Made by a program: the position numbers and the translations under genes. From the human T2T-CHM13v2.0 reference genome, Homo sapiens: 64,000 bases of DNA. Shown here one piece after another: positions 15,429 through 28,292 of this stretch. Location of the stretch: assembly GCF_009914755.1 (NCBI RefSeq), contig NC_060927.1, one strand, 5' to 3'. The notes under the pieces are model-generated. The model did not search any database. It was not told where the DNA came from and worked only from the letters and a program-made list of their open reading frames with translations. Numbering within the stretch: the first letter of the stretch is position 1; every line of letters begins with the position of its first letter.

Positions 15429-15832
15429 TGTGTTGGTGTGCTAGGGCTGCTGCACCAAAGTGCCACAGACTGCATGGCTTAAACCAGAGTAATTTATGTC
15501 TCACAGCTCTGGAGGCTGGAAGTCCAAGATCAAGGTGTCAGCAGTGTTGGCTCCAAGAGGAAGAGATCTGTTCCAGTCCTCTCTGCTTGTCTTGTAAATT
15601 ACCATCTTCTCTCCATGTCATTACATCATCTTCCCTTTATACCCCTCTGTATCCAATCTTCCTCTTCTTATAAGGACATCAGTCATACTGGATTAAGTCT
15701 CATCCTAGTGACCTCATGTTAACTTGATTACCTCTATAAAGACCCTGTCTCCAAAAACGTCACATTCTGAAGTACTGGGGATCAGCACTTCAATTGATGA
15801 ATTTGGAAGGGGGGCACAATTCAGCCCATAAA
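15429..15832 (-). mobile_element. MLT1C-type MaLR solo LTR
   Basis: GCTAGGGCTGC...CACAGCTCTGGAGGCTGGAAGTCCAAGATCAAGGTG...CACAATTCAGCCCATAA. Confidence 0.85.
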
Positions 15833-15981
15833 GCTGACAGAAAATGGTGATAATGTCAAAACCATTTTTTTTTGTTTGTGTGTAGCCTTTTCTAGATACA
15901 AATCACCTCATATAGTCTCATATCATATGGAGAATTTAACTTAGACAAATTCAAGTGTTTGCATTAAATTCACTTGTAAGG

Positions 15982-16080
15982 ACACACACACACACACACA
16001 CACACACAGAGAGGGGAGACAGAGAAAGGAGGGACTGAGAGAGAGAGAGAGAAATAGAGGAGAGACAGAGAGAGAGAGAG
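15982..16080. repeat. Compound (CA)n-(GA)n microsatellite
   Basis: Directly visible. Confidence 0.95.
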
Positions 16081-16529
16081 TCAGTGAATGCAGTATCTGC
16101 GAACTCTCACATGTAGACCTCATGGTGTTTCTAAGATTCCCAATTCGCATGATTTTTTGTGCAAATATTATGCCACGTTAAGTGATACTGCAGCATTTAA
16201 GGACAAATATTTTGGTACAGAGTGGCCCCCAAAGGCAATTCCAGTTTATCTGAAACTGAACTAAAGAAAAAAAAAAAAACAATTCCAATGCTGGTGGGAA
16301 AATTTGACTGGGTTGAATACACCAGGAGACACTATATATAACGTTTTAAAGATTTGTTTAAGAATAATATTGTTAATGTGATAGTTGCATTCCACACTGA
16401 CTATAGAATAAATACCTCCATCATATTGTACCTCACTCAACTGGGTTGGTCAATATATACTTTGTGCACTTGCTTTTTTAGTGGGTTTATGGCATGTATA
16501 TCAATTATATAACTAAAATATAATTTTAA

Positions 16530-17820
16530 AACATTTGCAAATCATATATCTGATAAAGGACTTATATGTAAACATATAAAATGTGTCATGTTTATCTAAG
16601 GTCTTAATAATGGGAAACGCAGGTAAAGGGAATACAGGAAATTTCTTCGCTATCTTTTTATTTTTTTATTTTTATTTTTTCTTTGAGATGGAGTCTCGCT
16701 CTTTCGCCCAGGCTGGAGTGCAGTGGCGCGATCTCGGCTCACTGCAAGCTCCCCTCCCGGGTTCACGCCATTCTCCTGCCTCAGCCTCCTGAGTAGCTGG
16801 GACTACAGGTGCCCGCCACTACGCCCCGCTAATTTTTGTATTTTTCTGTAGAGACGGGGTTTCGCCGCGTTAGCCGGGATGGTCTCGATCTCCTGACCTC
16901 GTGATCCGCCCGCCTCAGCCTCCCAAAGTGCTGGGATTACAGGCGTGAGCCACTGCGCCCGGCCTCTTTGCTATCTTTGCAGCATTTTTTTGTAAATCGG
17001 AAATTGATCCAAAATAAAGTTTGTGTTTTTAAATGGGCAAAATATTTGAATAAATATTTCACCAAAGAAGATACACTAATGGCCTAAAATAGGAAACGAT
17101 GCTCAACATCATTAGTCATTAAAGATGTACAAATTAAAACCACAATTAGATATCACCACAGAAATATCAAAAAAACTAAAATAAAAAATAGTGACACACC
17201 AAATGCTACTGAGGATGTGGAGAAGTTAGATCACGCATATAAAATGGTAATGCCACTGCAGAAAACAGTTCGATGGTTTCCTACAATCATAAATGTAAAT
17301 TTACAATATGACTTAGTAACTCCACTTCTAGTTACTTACTCAAGGAAAATAAAAATATACGTTCAGAGCAGCATTGTTTATAATAGGCAAAGAACAGAAA
17401 GAACCCAAATGTTCATCAGCTGATGAACTGATATACAAGATGGGGGATATCCATACAATGGAATATTATCCAGCCACCAAAAAGAAAGTGGTACTGCATG
17501 TACATACCTTGAAAACATTATATTCAATAAAAGATGCCAGACACAAAAGACCACATATTGTGCAATTCAAGTTATGAACTACACAGAAAAGGCAAATATA
17601 GAGAGACAGAAAGGAAATCATTGGTCCCCAGCAGTTAGAGGTAGGAAGAGGGGTTGTTTGCAAATTGCACAAGGTTACTTTTTGGGATGATGGAAATGTT
17701 CTAAAGCAGATTGTGGGGATGATTATACAACTTTCTAAATTTACTAAAAAGCATTGCATTGTCTTCTTAAAACGAATGAATTTCATAGTGTATGATTTAT
17801 CCCCAATAAAGCTGTTAAAT
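16530..17820 (+). mobile_element. L1MB/MC 3' region, interrupted by an AluY
   Basis: ATTTGCAAATCATATATCTGATAAGG; ATTAAAACCACAATTAGATATCAC; ATCCATACAATGGAATATTAT; ends CCCCAATAAAGCTGTT. Confidence 0.85.
16658..16964 (-). mobile_element. AluY, full length, with 14-bp TSD
   Basis: CpG-rich, CTGCAAGCTCC and GGTTCACGCCATTCTCC; TSD TCTT(C/T)GCTATCTTT at 16644 and 16965. Confidence 0.95.
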
Positions 17821-19662
17821 GTGTTTTTGTATAAAATTTAAATTATGAAGAAAAATATAAAGAAATAACTGATCTTTTCATCACTTAAGAATACATTTCA
17901 GCATGTTTCCTTTGCAGCTTTATCATGTCCTATTGATTTTAATTTTAAAATTCAGGCAAGTCTTAAAGAAATTTACTTTCTTTGTTGATGTATATTAACT
18001 TGGAAAGTTGACTAGTTAGGATTTATTTCTTGAGAATTTTATTTGCAGAAATGACTGTCCTTTTGTAGTATCTACTACTTGTTCCCATCAATGTGACTGA
18101 TAGGTAGCATTGCTAGCTGGTCAAAGCTGCCTGGAAAATCCCACTGTCTGTTTGCTTTCAAGCAAAGCAAAAGCCATAGCTATACTTCTAGCCCAATTAG
18201 AAACACAAAAGCTCTGTCTCCCAAAAAAAACAACTCAGGAGATCAGGGAGGTCATACACTTGCATTTTGGCTTTTCAGGCCAGAACGCAGAGGGCACTTT
18301 TCCTGTCACGTGAACAGATGAGCACAGCAGACACTGTCTGTGACCTTTGGTGGCCACGCTGTGCAGGGAGCTACCTGCACAGTTGAGAAAGAATAGAGTT
18401 CAAAATGAGACACATAAGATTGTTGGTTGATTTTTCTTTAATCTTTCATTTTCTTTTTCTTTTTAATTGTTTTTTCCAGGCAGAAAGGGAAAGCGTCAGT
18501 ATATAACTCAGACATTGCTAAAATTTGTACCAAGCTCCCCATCCCAAACTGAACAACCATCCAGAACTTTTTTAGCTGATCCTGAAAGAAATTCTGCAGC
18601 ATTTTCTGAAGGCGCAACCTCATACTGTGTTTAGAAAATACATATAAAGATAAATTTGCAGAGCAAAAGAAATTGTAGCACAAAGGAAAAATTGTGGCTT
18701 AAATTATTTCATTTAAATAATCTACACTGTTTCTTTTCAGGCCGGTCAAAAGTATACACAAATCTTGTCTGTCATAATAGAAAAGATGAATAAAAGTAGA
18801 AATATATATATATTTCACTTTTGGTTGACCAAGTAAGAGGTACTCATAAAACTTCTTATGCTGTCTGGGACTTAACTTTCATTCAGCCTGCTGTGAAGTT
18901 ATGGGAGGATATCTTTCTCTAAATAATTTATTTCCAAACCCCCTAATTAGAAGATGTGAGGCATCTTTAGAAACATGCCCACAAGCACTAGAGGGCAATG
19001 CTGGACAGATATTACTGAGATCCAAGCAAATACTAGTGAGTATGACTGGATACTCACTGGTTTCAAATGAACAATACTTCAGACGCAACTTTGAATATTC
19101 TGTGAGTAGAATGAAGTTTCCAGTGATTGCTTTCCAGCCTGATAACAGGAACAGACAAAGAGGGCAAGGTTTTCTTGGTAGCAATCAATTCTGCTTCCTG
19201 GCTTCATCAGGGCATTTTGCCCAGATTGAAGCTGGGCCAGTTTAAGAGCAGGTTGGCAGAGTGAGGAGATAATAGCCAATGTCAAAGCCAAGAAAAAGTT
19301 TTTGGAACAGGATTCAGAATCAAAATTTAGACTCTGTAGAAGAAAGAAATATCAAAGTTGCTCACTCAATTGTGTCTCCTGATCTCATATAATGTAATGG
19401 GCCCAGGGAGTTATATGAGGGTGAGAATTATTTCTACAAGTTAAAAAAATCAATTTGATTAAAATCTGATTGACAACTCATAAAACAATAAGACGCTATT
19501 TTGTTATGGGCATTATCACAGTGATTGCTGGTTGCTATGACAATAAAGGATGAAATTCTGCCTCATTTTTCATTTCTCTCTCTTACATAGTCTCATTGTA
19601 CAGTGGGATCAAAGTGATGCTGAATACTAGGGTAAAATCCCCTAGTAAGGATTTGACTAGAA

Positions 19663-19836
19663 CAGTGGTTCTCAAAGTGTGGTCTCTGAATCAGCAGCAT
19701 CAGCATCATTCAGGCACTCCCTAGAAATTAAAATTCTTAAACCTCAGCTCAGACCTTCTGAATTAGAATTTCTAATGCAGAGGGGCCCAGCAATCTGCAT
19801 TTTAGTAAAATATACACCAAAGTCTGAAAGCCACTG
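19663..19836. mobile_element. MER5A
   Basis: CAGTGGTTCTCAAAGTGTGGTC...AAAGCCACTG. Confidence 0.8.
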
Positions 19837-19880
19837 AAGTTTAGGAAACACAGAAGAAGTTGTATTTAGAAAATGATACC

Positions 19881-20059
19881 TACAAATTAGCCGGGCATGG
19901 TGGTGCATGTCTGTGGTCCCAGCTACTCTGGAGGCTAAGGTGGGAGGATGGCTTGAGCCTAGGAGGTGGAAGTTTCAGTGAGCCAAGGTTGCACTACTGC
20001 ACTCTAACCTGGGTGACAGAGTGAGACTGTCTCAAAAAAAAAAAAAAAAGGAAAAAGAA
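19881..20059 (+). mobile_element. Alu right arm (5'-truncated AluJ) with TSD
   Basis: AATTAGCCGGGCATGG...GACTGTCTC(A)n; TSD AGAAAATGATAC at 19868 and 20060. Confidence 0.9.
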
Positions 20060-20571
20060 AGAAAATGATACTTACTGTACAATGTTATCCAAGCAACAAT
20101 CAAGTACGGTATAATCTACTATCTCTTTTATACTTGCTTTATATAATACACATAAGAAGTCTTCATATTGTAGCAATTATTTTTTATAATCTATAACTTA
20201 TTTTTATGCAATTCAAGATGCATTTTATATTGCATTGATTTAAATAGTGATGTCTATATTTTAAAGCTAGCTCAGGGATTCTCATTACGTTTCTAATATT
20301 ATTACTGATCATGAAAATAAAGCATACAAGTGTGTAACATTTTTGCGTACCAAATAGCTTCCAAATAGAAAATATAATGGACACAAGTATCTTGCCCAAG
20401 GTCATACAATTAGCATTAAGTAGAAAACTATGATTTGAATCCAGAACTTTTAACACTAAGATCAATATTTTTCCCCTGGCATCATGGCTACTAATACACT
20501 CAATGAAGAACTTTAAATATTCAACAATGAAAATCTAATGATTGTCACAATAATATTGACTAGGAAAAATA

Positions 20572-20878
20572 ATATTTTTTCTTTTTTTATATTTTTGAGA
20601 CATGGTCTCACTGTCACTCAGGCTGGAGTGCAGCAACATGATCATGGCTCACTGCAGCCTCAACCTCCCAAGGCTCAGGTGATCCTTCCACCTCAGCCTC
20701 CTGAGTAGCTGGGACTATAGGCACATGTTACCATACCCAGCTAATTTTTCTATTTTTTGTAGAGACAGGGTTTGGCTATGTAGTCCAGGCTGATCTAGAA
20801 TTCCTGAGCTCAAGCAATCTGCCTGCCTTGGCATCTCAAAAGTGCTATGATTACAGGTGTGAGCTACCACACCTGGCC
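20572..20878 (-). mobile_element. AluJ
   Basis: GATCATGGCTCACTGCAGCCTC and CCTGAGCTCAAGCAATC are J-type positions. Confidence 0.9.
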
Positions 20879-21621
20879 CCCAAAATGATATTTTCATAGA
20901 ATGTTCTGTTATTTGACGAGAACTAGGTTTAATTAGAGGAAAAAAGAAGCAGATGGAGTTTTCTGGAGATTGGAAGAAATCTTCTGAACATTTTGCAAGA
21001 GTTAAAGATGGAATTCAAGTGTGGAAAAGAGATTCTGTAGGTGAAGCTAATTGAGCTCTAACCTGTAAAAATTATAAGACTAGGGTGGTATATTGAGTGC
21101 CAAGTCTTTCTGCAGGAGAAGAAAGTGAAGAGGAGGATATGTTTGGGTTAGGCAGCTAGTTGCTATTAGACCTGAGGGCTTGGAACATCTGAGGCTGAGC
21201 AAGAGATGGAAAAGTATGACTTGCTGATGATAAATCAACCATTTAGTGAGAACCTGGTATGTGCCAGACATTGTTCAAGGGCATGGAGTAAGGTGATGTG
21301 AGTGAGGTACCTGTCTCAGGTGGAAAGTTTAAGAAGACACCAAAAAAGGAAAAGAAAAACTCAATAATCAAGACAATATTTTAAAGCAATATATTTTTAA
21401 AATCACAATAAATGCAATAAATCCATGATGAAGAAGATAGTAATATTCAAATGTAAGTGGAATCTGTTTTATTCATTTTTTTCTTATTTCCGGTTCCAAA
21501 ATTGTTCAGCATGGTACTGTTACTGAACTTGTCTTTATTAAAAATGTTGATATTTTGTTCATTGGGGGATTTTTCCATTAATTTTAACTTTGAAATATAT
21601 CACATGAAAAAGTAACTTCTC

Positions 21622-22130
21622 AATGCAAATCAAAACCACAATGAAAAACCATCTCACATCAGTCAGAATGGCTGTTATTGAAAAGTCAAAAAGTATTATG
21701 TTGGTGCAAAAGTAAATGGTGGACTGGATAAAGAAAATGTGGTTCATATAAACCACAGAATACTACAAAGTCATAAAAATAATGAGATCATGTCCTTTTC
21801 ATCCTTTGCAGCAACATAGATGGAGCTGGAAGTCCTTATCCTAAGATAATCAAAGCAGAATCAGAAAACCAAATATCGCATGTTCTCACAAGTGAGAGCT
21901 AAACGTTGAGTACACATGGACACAAAGAAGGGAACAATAGACCCGGGGGCCTACTTGGGAGTGGAGGGTGGGAGGAGGGAGAATATGGAAAAACTACCAA
22001 TCGGGTACTATGTTCATTACCTGGGTGACAAAATAATCTGTACACCAAACCCCCATGACACACAATTTACCCATATAACAAACCTGCACATGTATCCTGA
22101 ACCTAAAATAAAGTTGGAAAGAAACAAAAT
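21622..22130 (+). mobile_element. Primate L1 (L1PB/old L1PA) 3' end with internal deletion
   Basis: AATGCAAATCAAAACCACAATGA; GAGATCATGTCC; AACCTGCACATGTATCCTGAACCTAAAATAAAGTT. Confidence 0.9.
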
Positions 22131-23974
22131 TACTTCTCTTGATCATTGAGGATTTTAGCATTTAAATTTTGTACACCCTTACCTCACCCAAGCCCCAGGT
22201 CTGCACAGTGCTAAAAGCTTTACGTTAATTATCTCAAAGAATCATCACAGTCCATAACGTACATAGTTTGTTTGGTAGGCAAACTGGATATTTTTAATGA
22301 AGGAAATAACTTTGTGTTTGAAAACATATAAATTTATAATAATATACATAGATGTGTAAATATCCTATTACATTTAGGGGATAGAAAATATCAACTAAAG
22401 CTCACATGCCAGTTTGTTTGTAACAGCAATAGTGCACAAAGGCACATTTCCATGTGTTTTGACTCATTCATTTATGTTTCCTTGTGGTATTTTCAAAGTT
22501 TTTTATGTGAAGCATGTTAAAATTATATTAGTCCTGTTAATTGTAAGAATAATTGGGCCACTGCTGAAAGAAATGCTTCTCACAATGTATACCACAAAAT
22601 CCTAGCCATAGAATTGTTCTGGCTGCTTCCTGGGATGGAGAGACCATATGGGTGAGTGGGCAAGGAGAGGGGGACCAGGTAAAAGAAACATGAGAAGGAA
22701 GTGGTGGTAGAAGCTTTAGAAAGCAACAGATGTCCCCACAGGGTAGAAGTTGTTGAGTTTCCTCTCTTTGCATCAGAAAACATAGAGCCTGGTATCTACC
22801 ACCATGAGCACTGAATTCAGTTCATCTGGGGTGCAGCCCTAACATACCAGATGATGCCACTGTGCAGCCAAGCTTGAGAACCACTATGCTATGGAGTCCA
22901 AGCACTCAGCTCCTGGGGTTGATTCAGTGTGAATGGGACTCCAAGGCCCTGCTCAAGGAGTGATAGACACTCAGTGCTGAGCATCTTCTGTGCTTTTGTT
23001 GGGCTGCTCGTGGATTTGTAAATAGGGAAAACCTATGGGTGAATGGGCAAGGAGAGTCAGGTTATAGCCATTCACGTTATAAAGGGAATTATTAAAAGGC
23101 ACATGTGGTTGTAAAAGGGAAGGAGAGATGAGACAGTTGTCTCTTGGCAGAGAAGAGAATTTTCATTAAATTTACACTGTGTCATGTGGTATATCAATTC
23201 TCTTCTCCATTTGCCCGAGATCTTCAATAAATTATTTATTTCTCATTGATGGGCTTTGGCAACGACTGACTTTGGGGGCACATGTCACATTGTTGAGGAC
23301 TTTTCAAGAATAGAGATATAAGAGCAGAGATCTTCTGTTACATAAAGTTTAATAAGGAAAGCACAAGCAAAGGATGCTGGCAGGAAAAGGCCAAAGGATC
23401 CCAGCTTCTGAAAGAGTAGGTGCCATGTGCTGCTGCCATCCTTTCTGAATAAACAGGAAACCTCATTGAAAGATGTCTGGGAGCCATTGCTTTCCCTAGA
23501 CTCACAATCTGGATGGAATCTGTACTTACCAAGGTCCTCAGCATGAGGATGTTACCATTTATGACATCCTTTTTATAACTTTGTGTTGAGATATTTACCA
23601 GTCTGAAAGTGGTGGTGTGTCAGTGTGGAATATTTTTCAAGTTGATCCAAGTGATGTGAGTCACCACAAACCTGCTCACTCATGTATAGTTCAAATGAAG
23701 ATTATACACATCTACTTTTGGTCATTTTTCTCATAAGCATGCTCAAAGGAAGGCTGTATACAAAAACATTGATGAAATGCCAGCATCATGAATGTGTTAA
23801 GGGTAAGAGCAGTAATTACTATTTTAAGATGGTGTAGCCCAGAAATTTGGAGGCAGAGCTGATACCTCAAAGCTGTATTAGCTTCACTTTTGTCCTTGGA
23901 GAAGAGGTCTAGGAGTCTGTGCTCAATTAAAGTTGATTTTCCTATTTTCCATATGAAGTAAAACAGAGAGATCC

Positions 23975-24595
23975 CGTGGCATTGTTTAAAAAGGCCACAG
24001 CAATATTTCTGTCCTGCATGCTGTTTCAGAGCCTTCTTAGGTTATTTCCTCTCCCTTTCAACCTGGGCACAATAGAGTGTGGCACAGGTGATGCTATGGG
24101 ACTTCCTTGAGTAGGTCACAACTTCTCCCAGGACGACATACAAGATATTTGGTTACCATAAAGCCACCATGCTGGAAACATCCTGTAGAGAGACCCCATG
24201 GAGACGGAAAGAGACGCCTGAGGGGTCCTGGCTGTTCTTGTCACCAGGGGTTTCAGTCTTGCCAGCTCAGGCACTTTCAGCATTGGAATTAAAGAATGGG
24301 CTGGAATTAAAGAAGGACAGAGTTGACTATGAGACCGTAATCCACTGAAATATTGGAGAGGGCTTTATACTCTCATGGTGCAGGCATGAGGGTCAGATAT
24401 ATGAATCAGCGAGCTTGGGGTGACTCCAGCCTCAGCTTCCGCATCACCCCAGCTGGCACAAAGGGGAGTAGAGAGGAGCTGCCCCCACAATAGCCTATAC
24501 AGATTGCAGATTCACGAGCAAAATCAGTATTGTTATCATTTTAAGACATTATGTTTTAGGAATGTTTGTTTCATAGCATTAGATAAGCAGAACAG
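23975..24595 (+). mobile_element. Old MLT1 (F/G/H-type) LTR carrying a foreign 124-bp insert
   Basis: AGCCACCATGCTGG...GAGAGACCCCATGGAG; ATTGCAGATTCACGAGCAAAAT...CATAGCATTAGATAAGCAGAACA. Confidence 0.7.
24274..24397 (+). repeat. Direct dispersed copy of 27491-27627
   Basis: 29/30 and 84/87 identity in two blocks. Confidence 0.95.
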
Positions 24596-25266
24596 AGGCA
24601 GAAAATCTATTAGTGACAATTATTAGCAATGAAAGGAACATTTTCTGACCATCTAATATGAAATAGCAACCCTCTCCTTCACCCTTTTGCCATATTTTAC
24701 TTTCCTCCATAATAATTGCCACTACCTAGTATTATAGATTTTCTTGATTATTGATTTATTCCTGTTTCCCTACACTAATAGAACAAGCAATGCTTGGGCA
24801 GAAAAGGGCTTTGGTTGGCTATTGAGGATCTAGAACGTGCTCACACACCGTAGCGTAGAGTGGAATGAGTGAATGACACTTTACACAGTGCTCATTCTTA
24901 TTGGGATAATGAGAAACTAAGTAACTTATCTGTATTTATTTCAGGCTGCTTATGTGATTTTAGTCAAATATTTGAGTAAAAAAAATAATATTCTTAAACA
25001 GCCTTATTTTTATGTTAGCAGAAGTGGCTTAAGTTTTTGTTTGATTAGTATTTTCTCCACCACTTAATCTCAAAACAATTTGGAAAGATTTTTCCTTTCT
25101 TAAAGAAGCTTGACCGAGTTTTGAAACGTAAACATGCCAAACTGCTTAAGAACCTAATGAATGAAGTCTTTGTGAACATATTAAATAAATTAAATGTAAG
25201 GTTGGATTTGTAAAATCTTTGTAGGAGTTCTATAATATGACAATTGATGCTACCAGAACACTAATC

Positions 25267-25326
25267 ACAACAAATGGTTCAGGGCATTAAGTATGAAACA
25301 ACAAACGGTTCAGGGCATTAAGTATG
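25267..25326. repeat. 29-bp tandem duplication (period 31)
   Basis: ACAACAAA(T/C)GGTTCAGGGCATTAAGTATG x2. Confidence 0.95.
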
Positions 25327-25665
25327 GGCCTAAGTTTGTATTATTGTAGAAAGACTCTGAAAATCAAAGTATTCAAATAGCATATAATCAAATTCACAAA
25401 GCCATTTCTGTTTGATTTTTTGTTCTGATTTCAAATTTTTCAATTTTAAGCTCAAAGTCCTCATGTACTTGCTGAAAATAACCTGCTAAACGAGATGATT
25501 AAACAGGAATGAAAAATTTATTTTTTGTGCATATGATCTCATGAATGACTTGTTTTTTAGCTCCTCTCAGAGAGAGCAAACAAAAGGGTCAGAGTTTGAA
25601 GTAAAGGGTCAAATTTATAACAGGTGGCTCTGAAAAAGATTAAAAGTTTGGGAATATTGTAATAG

Positions 25666-26096
<431 letters not shown>

Positions 26097-26273
26097 TATT
26101 TTATTTATTTTTTTTAGAGACAAGGTCTTACTTTGTCGCTCAGGCTGAAGGGCAGTAGGTCTTCACAGGTGCAATTATGAAGCGCCACAGCCTTTAATTC
26201 CTGGCCCCACACTATCTTCCCACTTTAGCTTCCCAAATAGCTGGGACTGCAGGTGTGTACCAGCACACCTGGC
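26097..26273 (-). mobile_element. FAM (fossil Alu monomer)
   Basis: Monomer retaining the 7SL-like GCAGTAGGTCTTCACAGGTGCAATT segment that Alu arms lack. Confidence 0.7.
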
Positions 26274-26849
26274 TTATTCCTTTCTTAATTTTTATCTCAT
26301 GTTGCTGTAATATTAGAGTCATGTTGAAGAACTCTAAACATCCCTAACACCATACATGTAAACTCTGAGGCAAAATAGAATCTTTTACATATTTTGATAT
26401 TCCAAACAAAGAACCAACTGAACGTTTTGACTATATAACCATGACCTTCCTGTGCCCTATTAGGAGGATTAGTAGCACAGAAAATCCATCTCCTTAAATG
26501 CTGACATAGCAAACCCAGCTACTTTGTGCAAGACATTAACAACACAATAAATAACTACAAAAACTTGAATGAAAAATTAATGCATAAGTCTTTGTCTTCA
26601 AACTTAAGTGAGATTGTTGAATTAAAAAATGAGTACTCTTCACTCTCATGACCTATATTGCCATATTTCTTTCCAGATATGCAATGTGCATTTGTATTTC
26701 ATCAGCAGTGTGTTAGTTATCCAACTTTACTTTTTATTAGTGTTAAGCATGATAATTTAAAAAATCTTTGTCTACTTATTAATTAATTTCCATTTTTGCT
26801 TAATAGTACACTTCAACGGTTTTTAACCTACTACTGACCCATAATTGCT

Positions 26850-27145
26850 TTTTTTATTGCAGCACCATATACGTAACATAACATTTACCATTTTAACCAT
26901 TTCAAGTGTACAAATAAGTGGCTTTAGTTACATTAACAATGTTGTGCAAGAAGCCCCATTATCTGTTTCCAGAACTTTTTCATCATCCTAAACAGAAACT
27001 ATGCCCATTAAGCAATAACTTCTATTTCCCTAGTAACTTCTACATACAACATTTGTTGTTTTGTGTTTGGGTTACTTCACATAGCATGTTTTTAAGGTTC
27101 ATCCATGTGGTAGCATGTGTGTCAGAATTTCACTCATTGAAAAAA
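26850..27145 (-). mobile_element. L1MB-type 3' fragment
   Basis: TTTACCATTTTAACCATTTCAAGTGTACA; AAGGTTCATCCATGTGGTAGCATG. Confidence 0.8.
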
Positions 27146-27490
27146 AATGTATGTTTTGTTTATCCGTAAGCCAAGACACTAGAAGAGAAAGTCTAATCAC
27201 ATCTTATTAGAGGAGAGAGAAATTCTGCTTCTGAGAAGGAAGAAGAAAACAAAGCAAAGCAGGCAGGCTTAGAAACAGGGAAATGCAAGTGAGATGGAGG
27301 AAGGCTGGCACTGATTTGGTGGTGAGGGGCATGGGAAGTGCCTTGGTTGGAGGGTAACCAATGGGCATTTCATAGATGTAGACATCTAATGCTCACTTTT
27401 AAACCCCTCTCCCAAATCATTTCCACATCTTTAGTAAAATCACCCGTACTCACTTGTGCATAGTATGAGTAACTTTATTTCTTTACCTAT

Positions 27491-27627
27491 CTTTCAGCAT
27501 TGGAATTAAAGAATGGACTGAACTTTCTGTCAGATTCAGAAGAAGGACACAGTTGACTATGAGATGGTAATCCACTGAAATATTGGAGAGGGCTTTATAC
27601 TCTCATGGTGCAGGCATGAGGGTCAGA
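27491..27627 (+). repeat. Probable donor of the 24274-24397 duplication
   Basis: Longer, uninterrupted version in non-repeat context. Confidence 0.9.
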
Positions 27628-28252
27628 CCAATCATATCAATACTTCAAGGGGCCCAAAGATACTATCACATACAAGGTCTATGTATTTCTCACTGCATTT
27701 TGTAGGGGAGATTTGTGAAGAATTGCTTCACCAGCCAGACTCAAAAAACCACCACCAAATAATTCTTACGACAGGGTGTGCACCTCTTGAAAAGAACATG
27801 AGGGCCACTTGGGAAAATCTCCTTTGAAGCCCATTCAAATATACCAAGAACCGTAAGATCCAACTACACTAGAATTTCAGAGAAAATCTCCTGGCATTTC
27901 TTAAAAATAGTTGTTTTGTAAAGCCGCTCCAAGTTGTGTAATTTTGAGCAGGCAATTCTGGAACAGAGCTCTGCTGCACTTCCCACAAAAAATAGCCCAG
28001 CATGTGGATACATGTGCACTGTGTGGAGAAATAAAGAACGAGCCAGGTGTTTGCTTTAGAAATTACTAAAAATCCAGGGAAAAGACTCCTGCTTGGTTAC
28101 CTTTATTTGCTTCGAGTTAACTATTTTAAAAGAGCTTTCACCTTAACTATCAGAAGATTTTCTCCTGGTTGGTATTCATAACCCTTGCATTGACACATCA
28201 GGCTTTCTATTCCACTTCCTTTTGTGCTTTTCAACACTCATTCCCAACCTCA

Positions 28253-28253
<1 letters not shown>

Positions 28254-28290
<37 letters not shown>
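28254..28290. repeat. (CA)n microsatellite, ~18 units
   Basis: Directly visible. Confidence 0.97.

Positions 28291-28292
<2 letters not shown>

Noticed and set aside
15308-15673. 121-aa ORF; likewise 30899-31282, 42301-42618 and 57034-57333
   Set aside because: Lie largely in MaLR/ERVL LTRs or simple repeats
18879-19291. Overlapping 114/101/70-aa ORFs in unique DNA
   Set aside because: No recognisable domain or convincing exon structure; length within chance expectation
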